A stretch of DNA of 64,000 nt from Eledone cirrhosa (GCA_964016885.1 CAXHJY010000964.1:62001-126000); one strand, 5' to 3'. Positions 11,479-29,015 are shown, numbered from the stretch's first letter. Program-made: numbers and translations. The notes: generated by a model not told the origin, from the sequence alone.

Positions 11479-12437
11479 GTGTTGTGAGCAATGCCAAGTC
11501 AGGTGACCACATCTTGCTCGTACAGTATATATATACGGATTAATTGGCGCAATTGCCTAGTTCTGAAGTGTACAACCTATTCTCCGAAATAAAATGATGT
11601 CACCTTACAGTGTGGTAAGCAGACGAACCTAACTTTAACACTTCTTGTTTTGACCACACGAAGAAAGTTACTGCGCCTGCATTTTCCACCACACAGTCCA
11701 TAATGACCTACATCAAAGCAAGAGACAGATCATAACACTACACAACACTCTCCACCGTTTTGGATACTTCCACAACGCTGCTACGCAACTAAGATATTTA
11801 GCAATCTATTGATGACAGGCAATTATTATATGTTAAATAAATTATTCAAATATAAAAAAAAAATTTTTTTAAACTGCCATCACTTAAGATTCCGTTTCGT
11901 AATACGTCTCTCTAAAGTCTGTGCCTTAGTGTTAGTTTTGAAAGAATCACTAACGAAAACCACCTAGAAAAACATGCCTAATCGTCTTGTTGCTAATCAT
12001 TAAAAAACAACTATCTAGATTGGAGGTATAATATAAACTATATGTTTCAGTACATGGAGGCTACGAAAATATTCAACTTTTCAATATTATTGGTTTCCTC
12101 TTATAAGAATGTAGTAAAATGGTCAACTTTCCTTTTCATTCTTCCGAGGTCGATAAAAGAAAGTACCAGTCAAGTACTGGGTGTTGATATAATCACCTTT
12201 CTCTCTTCCCCTAAATTGCTGGCTTTGTACATAAATCAGAAACCAATGATAGATATTATACAGTAAAAGACTGAATGATAACCCAATTTAGGCTGGACCA
12301 TCAAAACAGTTTTAAACTGTAGTAAATCTAGAATTGTCTTCAATCTAATATTGAAATGGGCCGCGAATTAAGTTTAATCACTTGCTATATTGAACAAATA
12401 TGTTGTTCATTCAGACAATAACTCTCTGGGTTCACAG

Positions 12438-12667
12438 ACAAATCGTTCTATATATGTTGTTCACAAACAAATCGTTCTATATATGTTGTTCACAAACAAA
12501 TCGTTCTATATATGTTGTTCACAAACAAATCGTTCTATATATGTTGTTCACAAACAAATCGTTCTATATATGTTGTTCACCGACATGGAGTTCTACACAT
12601 ATTGTTTGCAGACAATGTGGTCTGTATATGTTGTTCACAGATAAGGTGTTGTACATGTGTTGTTCAG
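12438..12667. repeat. 29-bp minisatellite (acaaatcgttctatatatgttgttcacaa), ~5 near-perfect plus ~3 degenerate copies
   Basis: Read directly from the sequence. Confidence 0.9.
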
Positions 12668-14329
12668 TAACAAGAAAGCCATAGATAAGAAGAAAAGAAG
12701 AGCCACTTCCCTTGGAATTAACTACAAAGCTTTCCAAGACTGACTGACACACATAAATGTCATATTTAAAACATTTAATACTACAACACATTCAATTTAA
12801 AAAGACTTGTGTAATTTATATTTTATTAAGTCTTAATGTAATTTATTCAACTTAAAGTGTGTTTTTTAAAAAATCATTCAGAAGCATTACTATTTATTTA
12901 AAATTATGTAATTCCGTGAAAATTACATTAAACTATTTAAGTGCAATTTAACTGACGGAAGTCATGTCACAGAAAATTTCTTTCTTTTTTTTGTATTTTT
13001 TAAATACATGTTTGACAATTTTAAGGTAGCAACAATAACCTATCTACTGTACTACTCTCTTAATTCCTTAATTTTTTTCTTGGGGGGGGGGGGTTATTGC
13101 TCATCCGAAGAAAGGCAATAAAGCCACTAAAATGCAAAGGGTTACCGAGAAGGACAAGACAGAAAGAACATACTTCAAGGAGGGAGGTGACGATTGGTGT
13201 TGCTTTTGAAATTTTGCACATTGTAGTTGTCAGGAAAGGAAAAAGCTGGAATAGTTGGGTACTTTACTGGTAAGGATAAAAAGAGAGCACTTTAGCACTT
13301 AAATGCTTGCGACTTCGGCGTGTAAAACTGGTTGCTACTTGTTTAGTTCGTTATAGTTTGGGAAAAGTGTGTCACTGCAAAGCGAAATTACTCTTTCTCG
13401 CAGTAAGTAATGTTCTGTTATATTTACTAAATAATGTATTTTTATCTTATATTTAACTTCCTTTTAAGACATGTTTAAGGTGGTGCGAGAACAGAAGTGG
13501 TAGAACGATATTTGTTGTGGCTTTTTACATTCTGAGTTTAAATCCCGTAGAGGGGAACTTTGCCTTTTATCTTTCAGGGTCCAATAAAATAAAGCACCAC
13601 TCAAGTTCTGGGGCCACTTTACCCCCACCCCTCCAAATTTGCTGGCCTCGTGTCTAATAATTGTTTCGTTTTGAAAGAAAAATATTTTAATAATTCTTTC
13701 TGCGATTTCTGCGGATATCTTTAATGAGATTGTCCACAGGACAAAAAGTTCGGTGAAATAGTAAGGAACGGCTTTAAATGCCTACAGAATTTGGTCTCGC
13801 TCTGTTATGTAGAGAGAATTCAAATATCGTCAGTTTAAGCTTTACCGTACCTCCACCTCTGCAGGAATCGATTAGATAACTACCAATAATATGCAGTAAA
13901 TTGAACAACTTTATACACGAAAAAAAAAATTGTCTTATGCCTAAATAAGAAGCCACTATTTGTGGGGAAGCCAACGAGGAAGCTTCTCCGTAGTCGCTCG
14001 ACCTGCTAATAATAGCAGCTAAATTTCCTTCAAATCAAGTGAGGAAACATTTGATTAGATAACGTAGCTATATTTCTGAAACAGAAACACGGAAGGTCAC
14101 AACTGGAAGAATTTTGATCAATATTTCGAAAGGCAATTTTGATAGCCGAAGGAGTAAACTACAGGACAGGTAGACTATGGTCATTTTCTCTACTTTTCTT
14201 TACCACCCTTTTCAGAGTTCAAATTCAATAGAGTCATCTATATTTTTAATTCTTCTAAAAAGTCTATCTGTCACAAGCTTTGAGTCTTATTAGACTGTTG
14301 TTTATTCGATTTCCTTGGCGTTAAGCGGC

Positions 14330-14545
14330 TGATAGTACAAGACACACCTCTTACTGGACAGGACGCCAGTCCATCAGAGTTAAACCCCCAGATACTGCTG
14401 GTACTCATTTTCAGGTGACTATACTAGAGCAATAGGAAGTGAAGTGTTTTGCTTAAGAACACAACATACAACCCGGTCCAGGAATCGAAACCATGGCATT
14501 ATGATCGTAAATCCACCCTAACCACCAAGCCACGTGCCTTCATTG
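14330..14545 (-). mobile_element. tRNA-derived SINE with a Meta-SINE-like core
   Basis: Reverse strand has A-box-like tggcttggtggtt, B box ggtttcgattcc, then ttgtgttcttaagcaaaacacttc. Confidence 0.65.
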
Positions 14546-15329
14546 GGTCAATAAGATAACTAGAAGTAACCATAGACGGTAATTTAATCAGAAGCAGCCC
14601 CACCTTACCCTACAAAAATGCTGTGAGGTCTTATCAAAATGAATCCATTATATTAACTACAATTTAAAGATACTAATAGTTCTTCAGAACAATCAAGATA
14701 TATCTTGTAGTAGTGAATATACAATAAAAAATCTAAACACAGTTGTTAACATGCGTTACGTTAAGATCATTTTCAGGCTACTAACCTCTTCTTAAGAAAT
14801 GTCTTTGCCTTTCAACTTTTCGAGGTCGATAAAAAAAACATCAGCCCAGCATTGGAGCCGATTCTTCTTTATCTACCCCCCCCCCTCTCTCTGGAAGAAT
14901 TCGGCTGTGAACAGACTTGAAGAGGAGATGGGCTCTGCTAGGTTTAAAATGTCCAGGAAATGCCATAAGTTATTACAGTGCCCCTCCGACTACATCAGGA
15001 GTTACAAGTCTATAAAAGTCAAACATATAAACTGTTTCGATAGATTTGATCAATTTTTCATATCTAAATAAGAGGTTAATAGTCTGAAAAATATAATTAC
15101 ATCAGTTAATTCCATTTTTCTTTTACATATATCTGCGAAATATCGCTGTTTTCAAAAACTTAACGATTTGGCGCAGAAAAAAATTGACATTTAGCATAGA
15201 TTTCAGCCAGGATCACCTTGCAAGCATAATTTCTCTGTACACATACACTTGTGTGTGTGTCTGTGCATATTTATATGTATATACCACATATATGTGTGTG
15301 TATGTGTATTTACACACACACATACACAC

Positions 15330-15363
<34 letters not shown>

Positions 15364-16524
15364 TGGGTTGAAAATCTGTACAGTGAAACGCGCGTCCTCG
15401 AGTATGGTTTGCTAATTTGTTATGGAACTAACTATACCGAACCCGTCTTTTGGACTGAGTACAAGTAAATTCTATAGCATCATTTTGTTAAAGCCATTTT
15501 GTTGGTTGATAATTTAACTGTGAAAGCATTACCATTTAAAGGCTCTTGGTGGTTACATTTAGCGTAGCTAAAGAAATCATAAAGAGAAAACAGATACATT
15601 AAGTATTTACTCAAGTCATCATAGGTGTGTTTTGCTTTAATAAATCTTTGCAAAATGTCTGCCTTCAAAGCGGAAAATTTTATGATTTCATAATGACTAT
15701 TAGTAAAATTGAAAATAGCTGTAGACAAGAAAGCGGGCTGGGTTAGCTTAGCCACTCCTAAAAAATGTGCACCCCACCCCTTCCCCAAGATATATATCTA
15801 TAATTAGAATATATCCAGAAAAAATTCATTGCGAGACTTTGTTTATAATACATAAACATTGTATATGGTTTCATACACACCTTTATGATTATATCTATAA
15901 TGTATTGTATGATGTGTATACTGTATTAAAACATTCCGATTGTAAATATATGACCCCTACTGATATTTTATCTAACCCTACCAGGATTATTAATCTTGTT
16001 AATGATCTGAAAGTAAGTAATGCTGGATCAAGTCTAGAGTTTTCTTTGTAATAATAATAATAATTTCTTAATAATGAAAATATTGTGTACAGTGCTCAGG
16101 TGCACTACAACTCATCAAAAGTGTATGTATAGTACATAGGGTAATGTACAAACGTCAGGAAAATGAACAGTGCATGAGTCATGATATACACATGTGTGCA
16201 TGTGTATGGAAGGGGTACATCAGGTGTAGTTTTGGCGAATTTCGGGAAGCATGAGGGTTTTAAAGGATGCAGTGTCTCGGCAGCTAACAACTGACGCAGG
16301 CAGTTTGCTCCATGCTTCAGCAACTCTAAGCGTGAAAAAATGTTTCCGAATGTGGGGGGAGGGCAAAGTCGATTAAATAGACCCACTGCACTACTGGTAC
16401 TTTATTTTATTGACTCAGCAAAGCTGACCTCGGCGGGATTTGAACTCAGAAGTAAAGAGCTGGAACACATACTGCACATTTGTCCGGCGTTCCAACAACT
16501 CTGTCAATGTAAGAGACTAACTTC

Positions 16525-16645
16525 TTAACTATTAATTTAATTATTATTTAACTATTAATTTAACTATTATTTAACTATTATTAAACTATTATTAAACTAT
16601 TAATTTAACTATTATTAAACTATTAATTTAACTATTATTTAACTT
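16525..16645. repeat. AT-rich ~11-12 bp degenerate tandem repeat (aactattaattt)
   Basis: Read directly from the sequence. Confidence 0.85.
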
Positions 16646-17460
16646 TCCATTTTATATTTTTTTTAATGAATGTTTAAAATCTGTGTTCTACAGCGAGAGA
16701 CAGTAATGTTTGGCTGGAAAGAAAAAGCTATGAATGGTTATACAAAGAAAAGCCACCAAAGGAGATAATAATACAAAAGATGAAAGGAGACTGCGCTAGT
16801 TTCATTAATAATAGAAGCAACTCGTAGATGAGATAATCGACGTAAACTATCAGACGAGCTGTAAATAAAATTTTCTGAATTACACGACTGATAGAACTTC
16901 GTCAATGTCAGAGATATCAGTAAATGTTAGCAATAAATATTAAACAATAGACACTACTTTTCTTTAGATAAATATTGGTCTCGAGAGTGTAGGGTGAGAG
17001 AAATTTTATGGTGTGTGTATCTGTAAACAGAAAGCAACACCAAAACGATACAGAACAATGAGGATATATATTAGTTTAACGCTTGATATAGTAAGAAGAG
17101 AGTATTAATGTTTCGGGCATCAGTCCTTCATCAGAAGATAGAATGAAAAATACAAGACGAAATATAAAGATACAGAGGAAAAAATGGAATTTTCTTTTTA
17201 GAAAAAGCACGTGTGTGTTCAGTTAGCCATATAGATATAAGTCCCGGGTTCAATCGGGGGTAACCACAGTAAGGTACTCAATACATTAGTAAATCAAGCA
17301 CGTCAAACATGCGGCCGCTTGCGGCCCTTTACAAGCACACCTGCGACCCGCACAAAGGTTTTTACAGTGCGAGCAAGTTTTATCTTCGCAATATAAAATG
17401 AAAAAAAAAATTAGTTGTGATGTGCGCAATTAGTTGTCATGTGTGGCCCTCAGACAACAC

Positions 17461-17590
17461 GCGTGGCTGAGTGGTTAAAGAATTGGATTAGCAATAGTGA
17501 GGTTGTGAGTTCGATTCCCAGACCGGGCGATGATTATGTCCTTGGGCAAGACACTTTATTTCACGTTGCTCTTTCTGCCCGGAGTTGCGA
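17461..17590 (+). mobile_element. tRNA-derived SINE head with a Meta-SINE-like core
   Basis: gtggctgagtggttaa (A box), gttcgattccc (B box), tgtccttgggcaagacacttt. Confidence 0.75.
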
Positions 17591-17659
17591 CCGATAGAGA
17601 GTATTAGCAATTAGAAAGACCAATGGAAACACTGTTTCCTCGGTCCGATTTGACAACTG

Positions 17660-17697
<38 letters not shown>

Positions 17698-18247
17698 AAA
17701 AGAGAGGGAGAAAGGTGGCTTTCATACATGCATGTTGGGTCACAATTGAACGCAGAATATAAAATTATATTTTTTATTGACTAACAATTAATGCAAACTT
17801 AAATTGTAAAGACTAAATTATGTTATTATTTTATTGCCCACCAAAAATTATACTTAGCATTAAATTAACCTATTAAGCAATCACTGAAAACAAATTGAGC
17901 TATATAACCACAGTTTTGTTACGTCAAGCAATAGCTGGAAAGTTTTTTTTTTGTTTTGTTTTTTTGCAAGGAACGGGGTTATGAAGTATTCCTACTGTTT
18001 GTATTATATGGGAACATCAACCGTTTCTCCTAAAAGCAACAGTATTTCTCCAGATTGTCAAAATACTTTTTAATAGCAGAGTAAATGACATATCAATACA
18101 TAAACTAGATGCGTAAGTATGTGTCTGTGAAACATATTCACCAGGTCTGAACACAAAAGAACCAAACTCCCATTCTCACTGCCTCCGCCTCTGCTGCTCT
18201 CCTCATCTCTCGCTATTATGAGCAAATGGGGGCCCACGCGCTGGCCC

Positions 18248-18450
18248 CTACGCGGCCCCGACGGACAGTATAGTGAAGGCGTTTCCCCGGAGGATGGTGC
18301 GAGAGATGCGTCGGAAGAACCATTCCAGCTCGCGAAGCTCACACTTGCGGGTAGCCAACTCTGTGCTGATAGCAGTGAACAGGGAGGTGGCCCTAGGGCC
18401 AAGGACACTAGAAGCCTCCACGGCCAATATACTGTTGATTGGAAACCGGA
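18248..18450 (-). pseudogene. 3' fragment of a CRE-clade non-LTR retrotransposon (C-terminus of the restriction-like endonuclease)
   Basis: Manual minus-strand translation, absent from the ORF track: LAVEASSVLGPRATSLFTAISTELATRKCELRELEWFFRRISRTILRGNAFTILSVGAA*. This fits the AVETxGxxG...QRISxAIxRGNA signature. Confidence 0.75.
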
Positions 18451-19830
18451 GAGAAACTAGCTAAAATATTCATGTTTATTCGGCTTTTCTTGTAATGAAT
18501 GAGAAACTGTCACTTATTCATTTCCAATCCAAAATTCAACATTTAGATGCAGTCACTGAAAACAAACAAATAATATCTATTCGTTTTGTTTTATGTTTTC
18601 CTCGAGAAAATTTTTTTTAAAAGTCATATATTACCACTGCGTCACAATCAGACATTCCTGCAAATCATAACTGTCTTTGAACAATTTTAGTTATTTTGGG
18701 CAAGTTTCCATATAGACTTTATTTGTAATGCGTTGACGCCAGTTTGTTTTGTACAAGCCTAAGCATTTGATAAATAATATAAGCAATATTAATTTTCTCT
18801 AACAATTTTTGCAAATTAAAACAATTATGAATAGCCTATGCCCACTGAGACACAACAAATTTAAAGCGTCAAACTATTTCTGGCACTTGCTTTCTGAACT
18901 GATGTAATCTTTTTTTCAAAAACGTTATATCTGATCGCTAGACTTTGCTTTTAAGACCTTTCTTTAGAATCTAAATCTGACGGCTATTTCCTCGTCTTGT
19001 AATTGGCAATATACAGTGCATTTGGCACATTGATATTGTGAGAGCTGCTGCAAACTAATTTTTCTATAATTGTAAGTTGTTGTTTTTTATTTCATTTAAC
19101 ATACTTTTGCCACTTTTTCAAACCCTATTTCAGTGGTAGCAGTAGCTTTTTGAAATCTTTTAGATATAATCGTTGATGATAGCTTGTCTTTTGACCCCTT
19201 CTATCATCTTTATGTTTACCCAAATATTATGTGTGTGTTGTGTGTTGTTTTTTTTTTTGCTATGAATAGCTCATTGTTTAATTTCGTGTGTTTTTTTAAA
19301 CTATTAATATTCGATTTATTTCAATACATGACTTATTAAGCACGATGAACTTGGCTATTTTAAGATACACCATGTTGAATATTATTCCTGTTGTTTACGA
19401 CCACTTCAAGATCATCGTATTCTCTACCTTTTTCTTTATATCTTTAGAAAAATAGCTACTTTTATTTATTTATTCGTTTTCTGAAATTATGTTATGAATT
19501 CCATGTATAAAAGAAGTCGAACCGGTTGAAGAATGTCACAATGTGTGCAAGTTTTGAGGCCAAGTGCTTAAATTTCTAATTCAGCAGGATTAGTTTTAAA
19601 GAGTCTTACTATTTTACAATCGGATTTTCTACAGAGAATCAACCTTTGAATGTTCGTTGTACAATGTGTCATTGTATAATGGATTACTAACAATAAGCAT
19701 TTTGATATGCAACCTTTAGTATTGCCTCTGGATAAATAGTTACCTGACGGGAATGTTTCAACTTCTACACTTTTATTTCCTTATTTTCACACACACACAC
19801 ACACGCACACGCACACGCACACGCGCACGC

Positions 19831-20060
19831 GCGCGGCTCAGTGGTTAGAGCTTTTGGTTTAAAATCATGAAGTTGTGAGTTCACATACAACCATGGCTCA
19901 GTGGTTAAAGCTTTGGGTTTAAAATCGTTAGGTTGTGAGTTCAGTTTCCGGACCTGGTGGTGTGTTGTGTCCTTCAGCAAGACACTTTATTTCATGTTGC
20001 TCCAGTTCACTCAGCTGTAGAAATGAGTTGCGACGTCACTGGTGCCAAGCTGTATCATCC
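19831..20060 (+). mobile_element. tRNA-derived SINE with a tandemly duplicated head
   Basis: ggctcagtggtta occurs at ~19835 and ~19895, followed by gtgtccttcagcaagacacttt. Confidence 0.75.
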
Positions 20061-20064
20061 TTAA

Positions 20065-21440
20065 TAAGCTCCGTGTTATTCGTGAATCAGAGATCTAGAG
20101 TATTCACATGTCTTCTTGGGTGGAGTATCATTTGTTCCATCAAGAGTCTGTCTGTAAGGTCCAACAAGGATTCTGTCTGCCTTTGTTTAGGTGCAGTCAT
20201 TCCTTAGAGGGGCTAGCCTTCGAGCCAATTGACCTTGGGGAACTTGAAATCTCCCAACAGTAGGATGTTGAGACTCTGATCCAAATTGATCAGAACTTCT
20301 TCAATTCTTCTGAGACGATCTTCAAACTTGTCCCCATGTCTAGCGGCATCTGATATGTGACACATATTACCATTTTGAGTTGCTTCGCGTGTACTATTAG
20401 GGCGTCACAGACCGAGTTGGAATGTCACAACAGTACTAATGATGTGACATCTTCACGGATGTACAAAGCAACTCCACCATGAGTTCTCCCCCTTCTGTCA
20501 GTACGAAATACAACATACTTTGGTTATGTGTATTTCTGTTATGTTTGCTGTCAGATGAGTTTCAGTTAGTGCCTTACATATTGCTTGATTGCTTGTAGGT
20601 AGGAGATCTTACACATGTCGGTTAGTTTCACCAGACCGCTGACATTTAGTAGTACCACTGGTGTGACATTTGGGGTGTCAGTGGTGGCTGCTGATAAGGC
20701 ATTTTCATAGGTATTAGTTGTTCTGCTTCCACCTACTGCCCTCTCTTCATCGGGTCAGTACGTGCAACCTCGGCATACTTCGTGGCCTGTGTTATTTGCA
20801 CATGTTGGTTTGGGCTTGGGTAGTTGGCATGAGCAGGTTGGGTCTGGAGTGCGCAAAACCGCACACTTTGTCCGAGCCTGCCCATGACAGAAGGTTCCTT
20901 TTTTTGTAGAATTTACAGAGTACTTGGGCAATCTTTTTCGCAGGGTCTCTGTTTATTCTTAGTTCTAGTTTTCTTCACCTTAACATTTATCCACTAGTCA
21001 TTTCTTGTCTGTTTATTTACGTTTTTCTTCTTATTGGGGTCCGTCTGGTGGTTCTTTAGTTTACCTTCGCTGTATTCCAGTGTTTCATTTTCTTTTTCAT
21101 CTTCTTCATTGATGTTGTCTACGGCGCAGGCCATTTCCCTCCTAGCGGCTTTCAGATCGTTCCGGTGTTCCGTGTGTTCTTTGCAGCCCGTATTGAGTTT
21201 TCACGGGGGTGGGGGGGGGGTCTTCTTTCGTCTCCTCTGTGAAAAGAAGGTTCAGCTGATCCATGTATGGCCTAACAAGCGAGTGGGCACGAAAAATATT
21301 CATTCTTTTTCTCGCTGGATCTGTGCCAAAGTTCTCAGAAAGCCACAGCTCTGCAAGTTCTCCTTAATTAGTTTGTATGAAAGAGAGCCATCAGCTGAAC
21401 TCCATGCACTGTGCATTTAGTTTCCAGTTTCGGTGAGTTC
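20065..21440 (-). pseudogene. Decayed CR1-group LINE, 5' portion (ORF1 remnant and AP endonuclease)
   Basis: Minus strand encodes YVVFRTDRRGRTHGGVALYIREDV and NILLLGDFKFPKVNW; upstream is a CKFYKKG..HG CCCH-like finger remnant; many stops. Confidence 0.8.
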
Positions 21441-21554
21441 CGATCCCATCTACTTGAATAATTGTATCTGCATTATCTTCCATATTTCAATTATTATAAT
21501 CAATGGATTAAAAATAACACGAAATGCAATTACTATTTCAGAAAAAAAAAGGTT

Positions 21555-24603
<3,049 letters not shown>

Positions 24604-24722
24604 ATAAATTGAAACAAAATGAAAACGAAATTTCATTTCTCACTCTTAGTATGGCACTTACTTAAATGTAAGTATGCATGTATACGTACATACATATATG
24701 TATACAGACGTACAGTAGTATG

Positions 24723-24766
<44 letters not shown>

Positions 24767-25207
24767 TATACATATGCATACAGGTACACATACATATATG
24801 CACGTATCAGTTTAGCGGCGCTAACGTCGCTTTGTTCGTTTGTAAACAAACTGAACAGCCTGAATTTATGCCATACGGTGTTAAGGCAACCACGTCACCT
24901 TTTTGTTCAACACTGACACAGGAACGATGTACTAGTTTCAAGCTTGTTAGCTATCATCAGCACCGTTTACCCATCTGCCAGATAGTTGAACGTTCGAAAG
25001 TATATACTTTCCTTATGAAAATTAACGGCTGAGCAGCCTAATTTGCATATTGAGTGAGTTAAATCGGTTAGGCATACCGAAAACGATAAATTGAAACAAA
25101 ATGAAAACGAAATTTCATTTCTCACTCTTAGTATGGCACTTACTTAAATGTAAGTATGCATGTATACGTACATACATATATGTATACAGACGTACAGTAG
25201 CATGCAC

Positions 25208-25240
<33 letters not shown>

Positions 25241-25681
25241 TATACATATGCATACAGGTACACATACATATATGCACGTATCAGTTTAGCGGCGCTAACG
25301 TCGCTTTGTTCGTTTGTAAACAAACTGAACAGCCTGAATTTATGCCATACGGTGTTAAGGCAACCACGTCACCTTTTTGTTCAACACTGACACAGGAACG
25401 ATGTACTAGTTTCAAGCTTGTTAGCTATCATCAGCACCGTTTACCCATCTGCCAGATAGTTGAACGTTCGAAAGTATATACTTTCCTTATGAAAATTAAC
25501 GGCTGAGCAGCCTAATTTGCATATTGAGTGAGTTAAATCGGTTAGGCATACCGAAAACGATAAATTGAAACAAAATGAAAACGAAATTTCATTTCTCACT
25601 CTTAGTATGGCACTTACTTAAATGTAAGTATGCATGTATACGTACATACATATATGTATACAGACGTACAGTAGCATGCAC

Positions 25682-25714
<33 letters not shown>

Positions 25715-26152
25715 TATACATATGCATACAGGTACACATACATATATGCACGTATCAGTTTAGCAGCGCTAACGTCGCTTTGTTCGTTTGTAAACAAACT
25801 GAACAGCCTGAATTTATGCCATACGGTGTTAAGGCAACCACGTCACCTTTTTGTTCAACACTGACACAGGAACGATGTACTAGTTTCAAGCTTGTTAGCT
25901 ATCATCAGCACCGTTTACCCATCTGCCAGATAGTTGAACGTTCGAAAGTATATACTTTCCTTATGAAAATTAACGGCTGAGCAGCCTAATTTGCATATTG
26001 AGTGAGTTAAATCGGTTAGGCATACCGAAAACGATAAATTGAAACAAAATGAAAACGAAATTTCATTTCTCACTCTTAGTATGGCACTTACTTAAATGTA
26101 AGTATGCATGTATACGTACATACATATATGTATACAGACGTACAGTAGCATG

Positions 26153-26192
<40 letters not shown>

Positions 26193-26633
26193 TATACATA
26201 TGCATACAGGTACACATACATATATGCACGTATCAGTTTAGCGGCGCTAACGTCGCTTTGTTCGTTTGTAAACAAACTGAACAGCCTGAATTTATGCCAT
26301 ACGGTGTTAAGGCAACCACGTCACCTTTTTGTTCAACACTGACACAGGAACGATGTACTAGTTTCAAGCTTGTTAGCTATCATCAGCACCGTTTACCCAT
26401 CTGCCAGATAGTTGAACGTTCGAAAGTATATACTTTCCTTATGAAAATTAACGGCTGAGCAGCCTAATTTGCATATTGAGTGAGTTAAATCGGTTAGGCA
26501 TACCGAAAACGATAAATTGAAACAAAATGAAAACGAAATTTCATTTCTCACTCTTAGTATGGCACTTACTTAAATGTAAGTATGCATGTATACGTACATA
26601 CATATATGTATACAGACGTACAGTAGCATGCAC

Positions 26634-26666
<33 letters not shown>

Positions 26667-27104
26667 TATACATATGCATACAGGTACACATACATATATG
26701 CACGTATCAGTTTAGCGGCGCTAACGTCGCTTTGTTCGTTTGTAAACAAACTGAACAGCCTGAATTTATGCCATACGGTGTTAAGGCAACCACGTCACCT
26801 TTTTGTTCAACACTGACACAGGAACGATGTACTAGTTTCAAGCTTGTTAGCTATCATCAGCACCGTTTACCCATCTGCCAGATAGTTGAACGTTCGAAAG
26901 TATATACTTTCCTTATGAAAATTAACGGCTGAGCAGCCTAATTTGCATATTGAGTGAGTTAAATCGGTTAGGCATACCGAAAACGATAAATTGAAACAAA
27001 ATGAAAACGAAATTTCATTTCTCACTCTTAGTATGGCACTTACTTAAATGTAAGTATGCATGTATACGTACATACATATATGTATACAGACGTACAGTAG
27101 CATG

Positions 27105-27148
<44 letters not shown>

Positions 27149-27586
27149 TATACATATGCATACAGGTACACATACATATATGCACGTATCAGTTTAGCGG
27201 CGCTAACGTCGCTTTGTTCGTTTGTAAACAAACTGAACAGCCTGAATTTATGCCATACGGTGTTAAGGCAACCACGTCACCTTTTTGTTCAACACTGACA
27301 CAGGAACGATGTACTAGTTTCAAGCTTGTTAGCTATCATCAGCACCGTTTACCCATCTGCCAGATAGTTGAACGTTCGAAAGTATATACTTTCCTTATGA
27401 AAATTAACGGCTGAGCAGCCTAATTTGCATATTGAGTGAGTTAAATCGGTTAGGCATACCGAAAACGATAAATTGAAACAAAATGAAAACGAAATTTCAT
27501 TTCTCACTCTTAGTATGGCACTTACTTAAATGTAAGTATGCATGTATACGTACATACATATATGTATACAGACGTACAGTAGCATG

Positions 27587-27626
<40 letters not shown>

Positions 27627-28067
27627 TATACATATGCATACAGGTACACATACATATATGCACGTATCAGTTTAGCGGCGCTAACGTCGCTTTGTTCGTT
27701 TGTAAACAAACTGAACAGCCTGAATTTATGCCATACGGTGTTAAGGCAACCACGTCACCTTTTTGTTCAACACTGACACAGGAACGATGTACTAGTTTCA
27801 AGCTTGTTAGCTATCATCAGCACCGTTTACCCATCTGCCAGATAGTTGAACGTTCGAAAGTATATACTTTCCTTATGAAAATTAACGGCTGAGCAGCCTA
27901 ATTTGCATATTGAGTGAGTTAAATCGGTTAGGCATACCGAAAACGATAAATTGAAACAAAATGAAAACGAAATTTCATTTCTCACTCTTAGTATGGCACT
28001 TACTTAAATGTAAGTATGCATGTATACGTACATACATATATGTATACAGACGTACAGTAGCATGCAC

Positions 28068-28100
<33 letters not shown>

Positions 28101-28541
28101 TATACATATGCATACAGGTACACATACATATATGCACGTATCAGTTTAGCGGCGCTAACGTCGCTTTGTTCGTTTGTAAACAAACTGAACAGCCTGAATT
28201 TATGCCATACGGTGTTAAGGCAACCACGTCACCTTTTTGTTCAACACTGACACAGGAACGATGTACTAGTTTCAAGCTTGTTAGCTATCATCAGCACCGT
28301 TTACCCATCTGCCAGATAGTTGAACGTTCGAAAGTATATACTTTCCTTATGAAAATTAACGGCTGAGCAGCCTAATTTGCATATTGAGTGAGTTAAATCG
28401 GTTAGGCATACCGAAAACGATAAATTGAAACAAAATGAAAACGAAATTTCATTTCTCACTCTTAGTATGGCACTTACTTAAATGTAAGTATGCATGTATA
28501 CGTACATACATATATGTATACAGACGTACAGTAGCATGCAC

Positions 28542-28574
<33 letters not shown>

Positions 28575-29015
28575 TATACATATGCATACAGGTACACATA
28601 CATATATGCACGTATCAGTTTAGCGGCGCTAACGTCGCTTTGTTCGTTTGTAAACAAACTGAACAGCCTGAATGTATGCCATACGGTGTTAAGGCAACCA
28701 CGTCACCTTTTTGTTCAACACTGACACAGGAACGATGTACTAGTTTCAAGCTTGTTAGCTATCATCAGCACCGTTTACCCATCTGCCAGATAGTTGAACG
28801 TTCGAAAGTATATACTTTCCTTATGAAAATTAACGGCTGAGCAGCCTAATTTGCAAATTGAGTGAGTTAAATCGGTTAGGCATACCGAAAACGATAAATT
28901 GAAACAAAATGAAAACGAAATTTCATTTCTCACTCTTAGTATGGCACTTACTTAAATGTAAGTATGCATGTATACGTACATACATATATGTATACAGACG
29001 TACAGTAGCATGCAC

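Noticed and set aside
17461-17530. Functional tRNA gene
   Set aside because: A and B boxes are present but there is no proper cloverleaf, and the sequence continues into a SINE core.
18218-18464. Plus-strand 80-aa and 63-aa ORFs as a host exon
   Set aside because: Better explained as the antisense of a CRE retrotransposon fragment.
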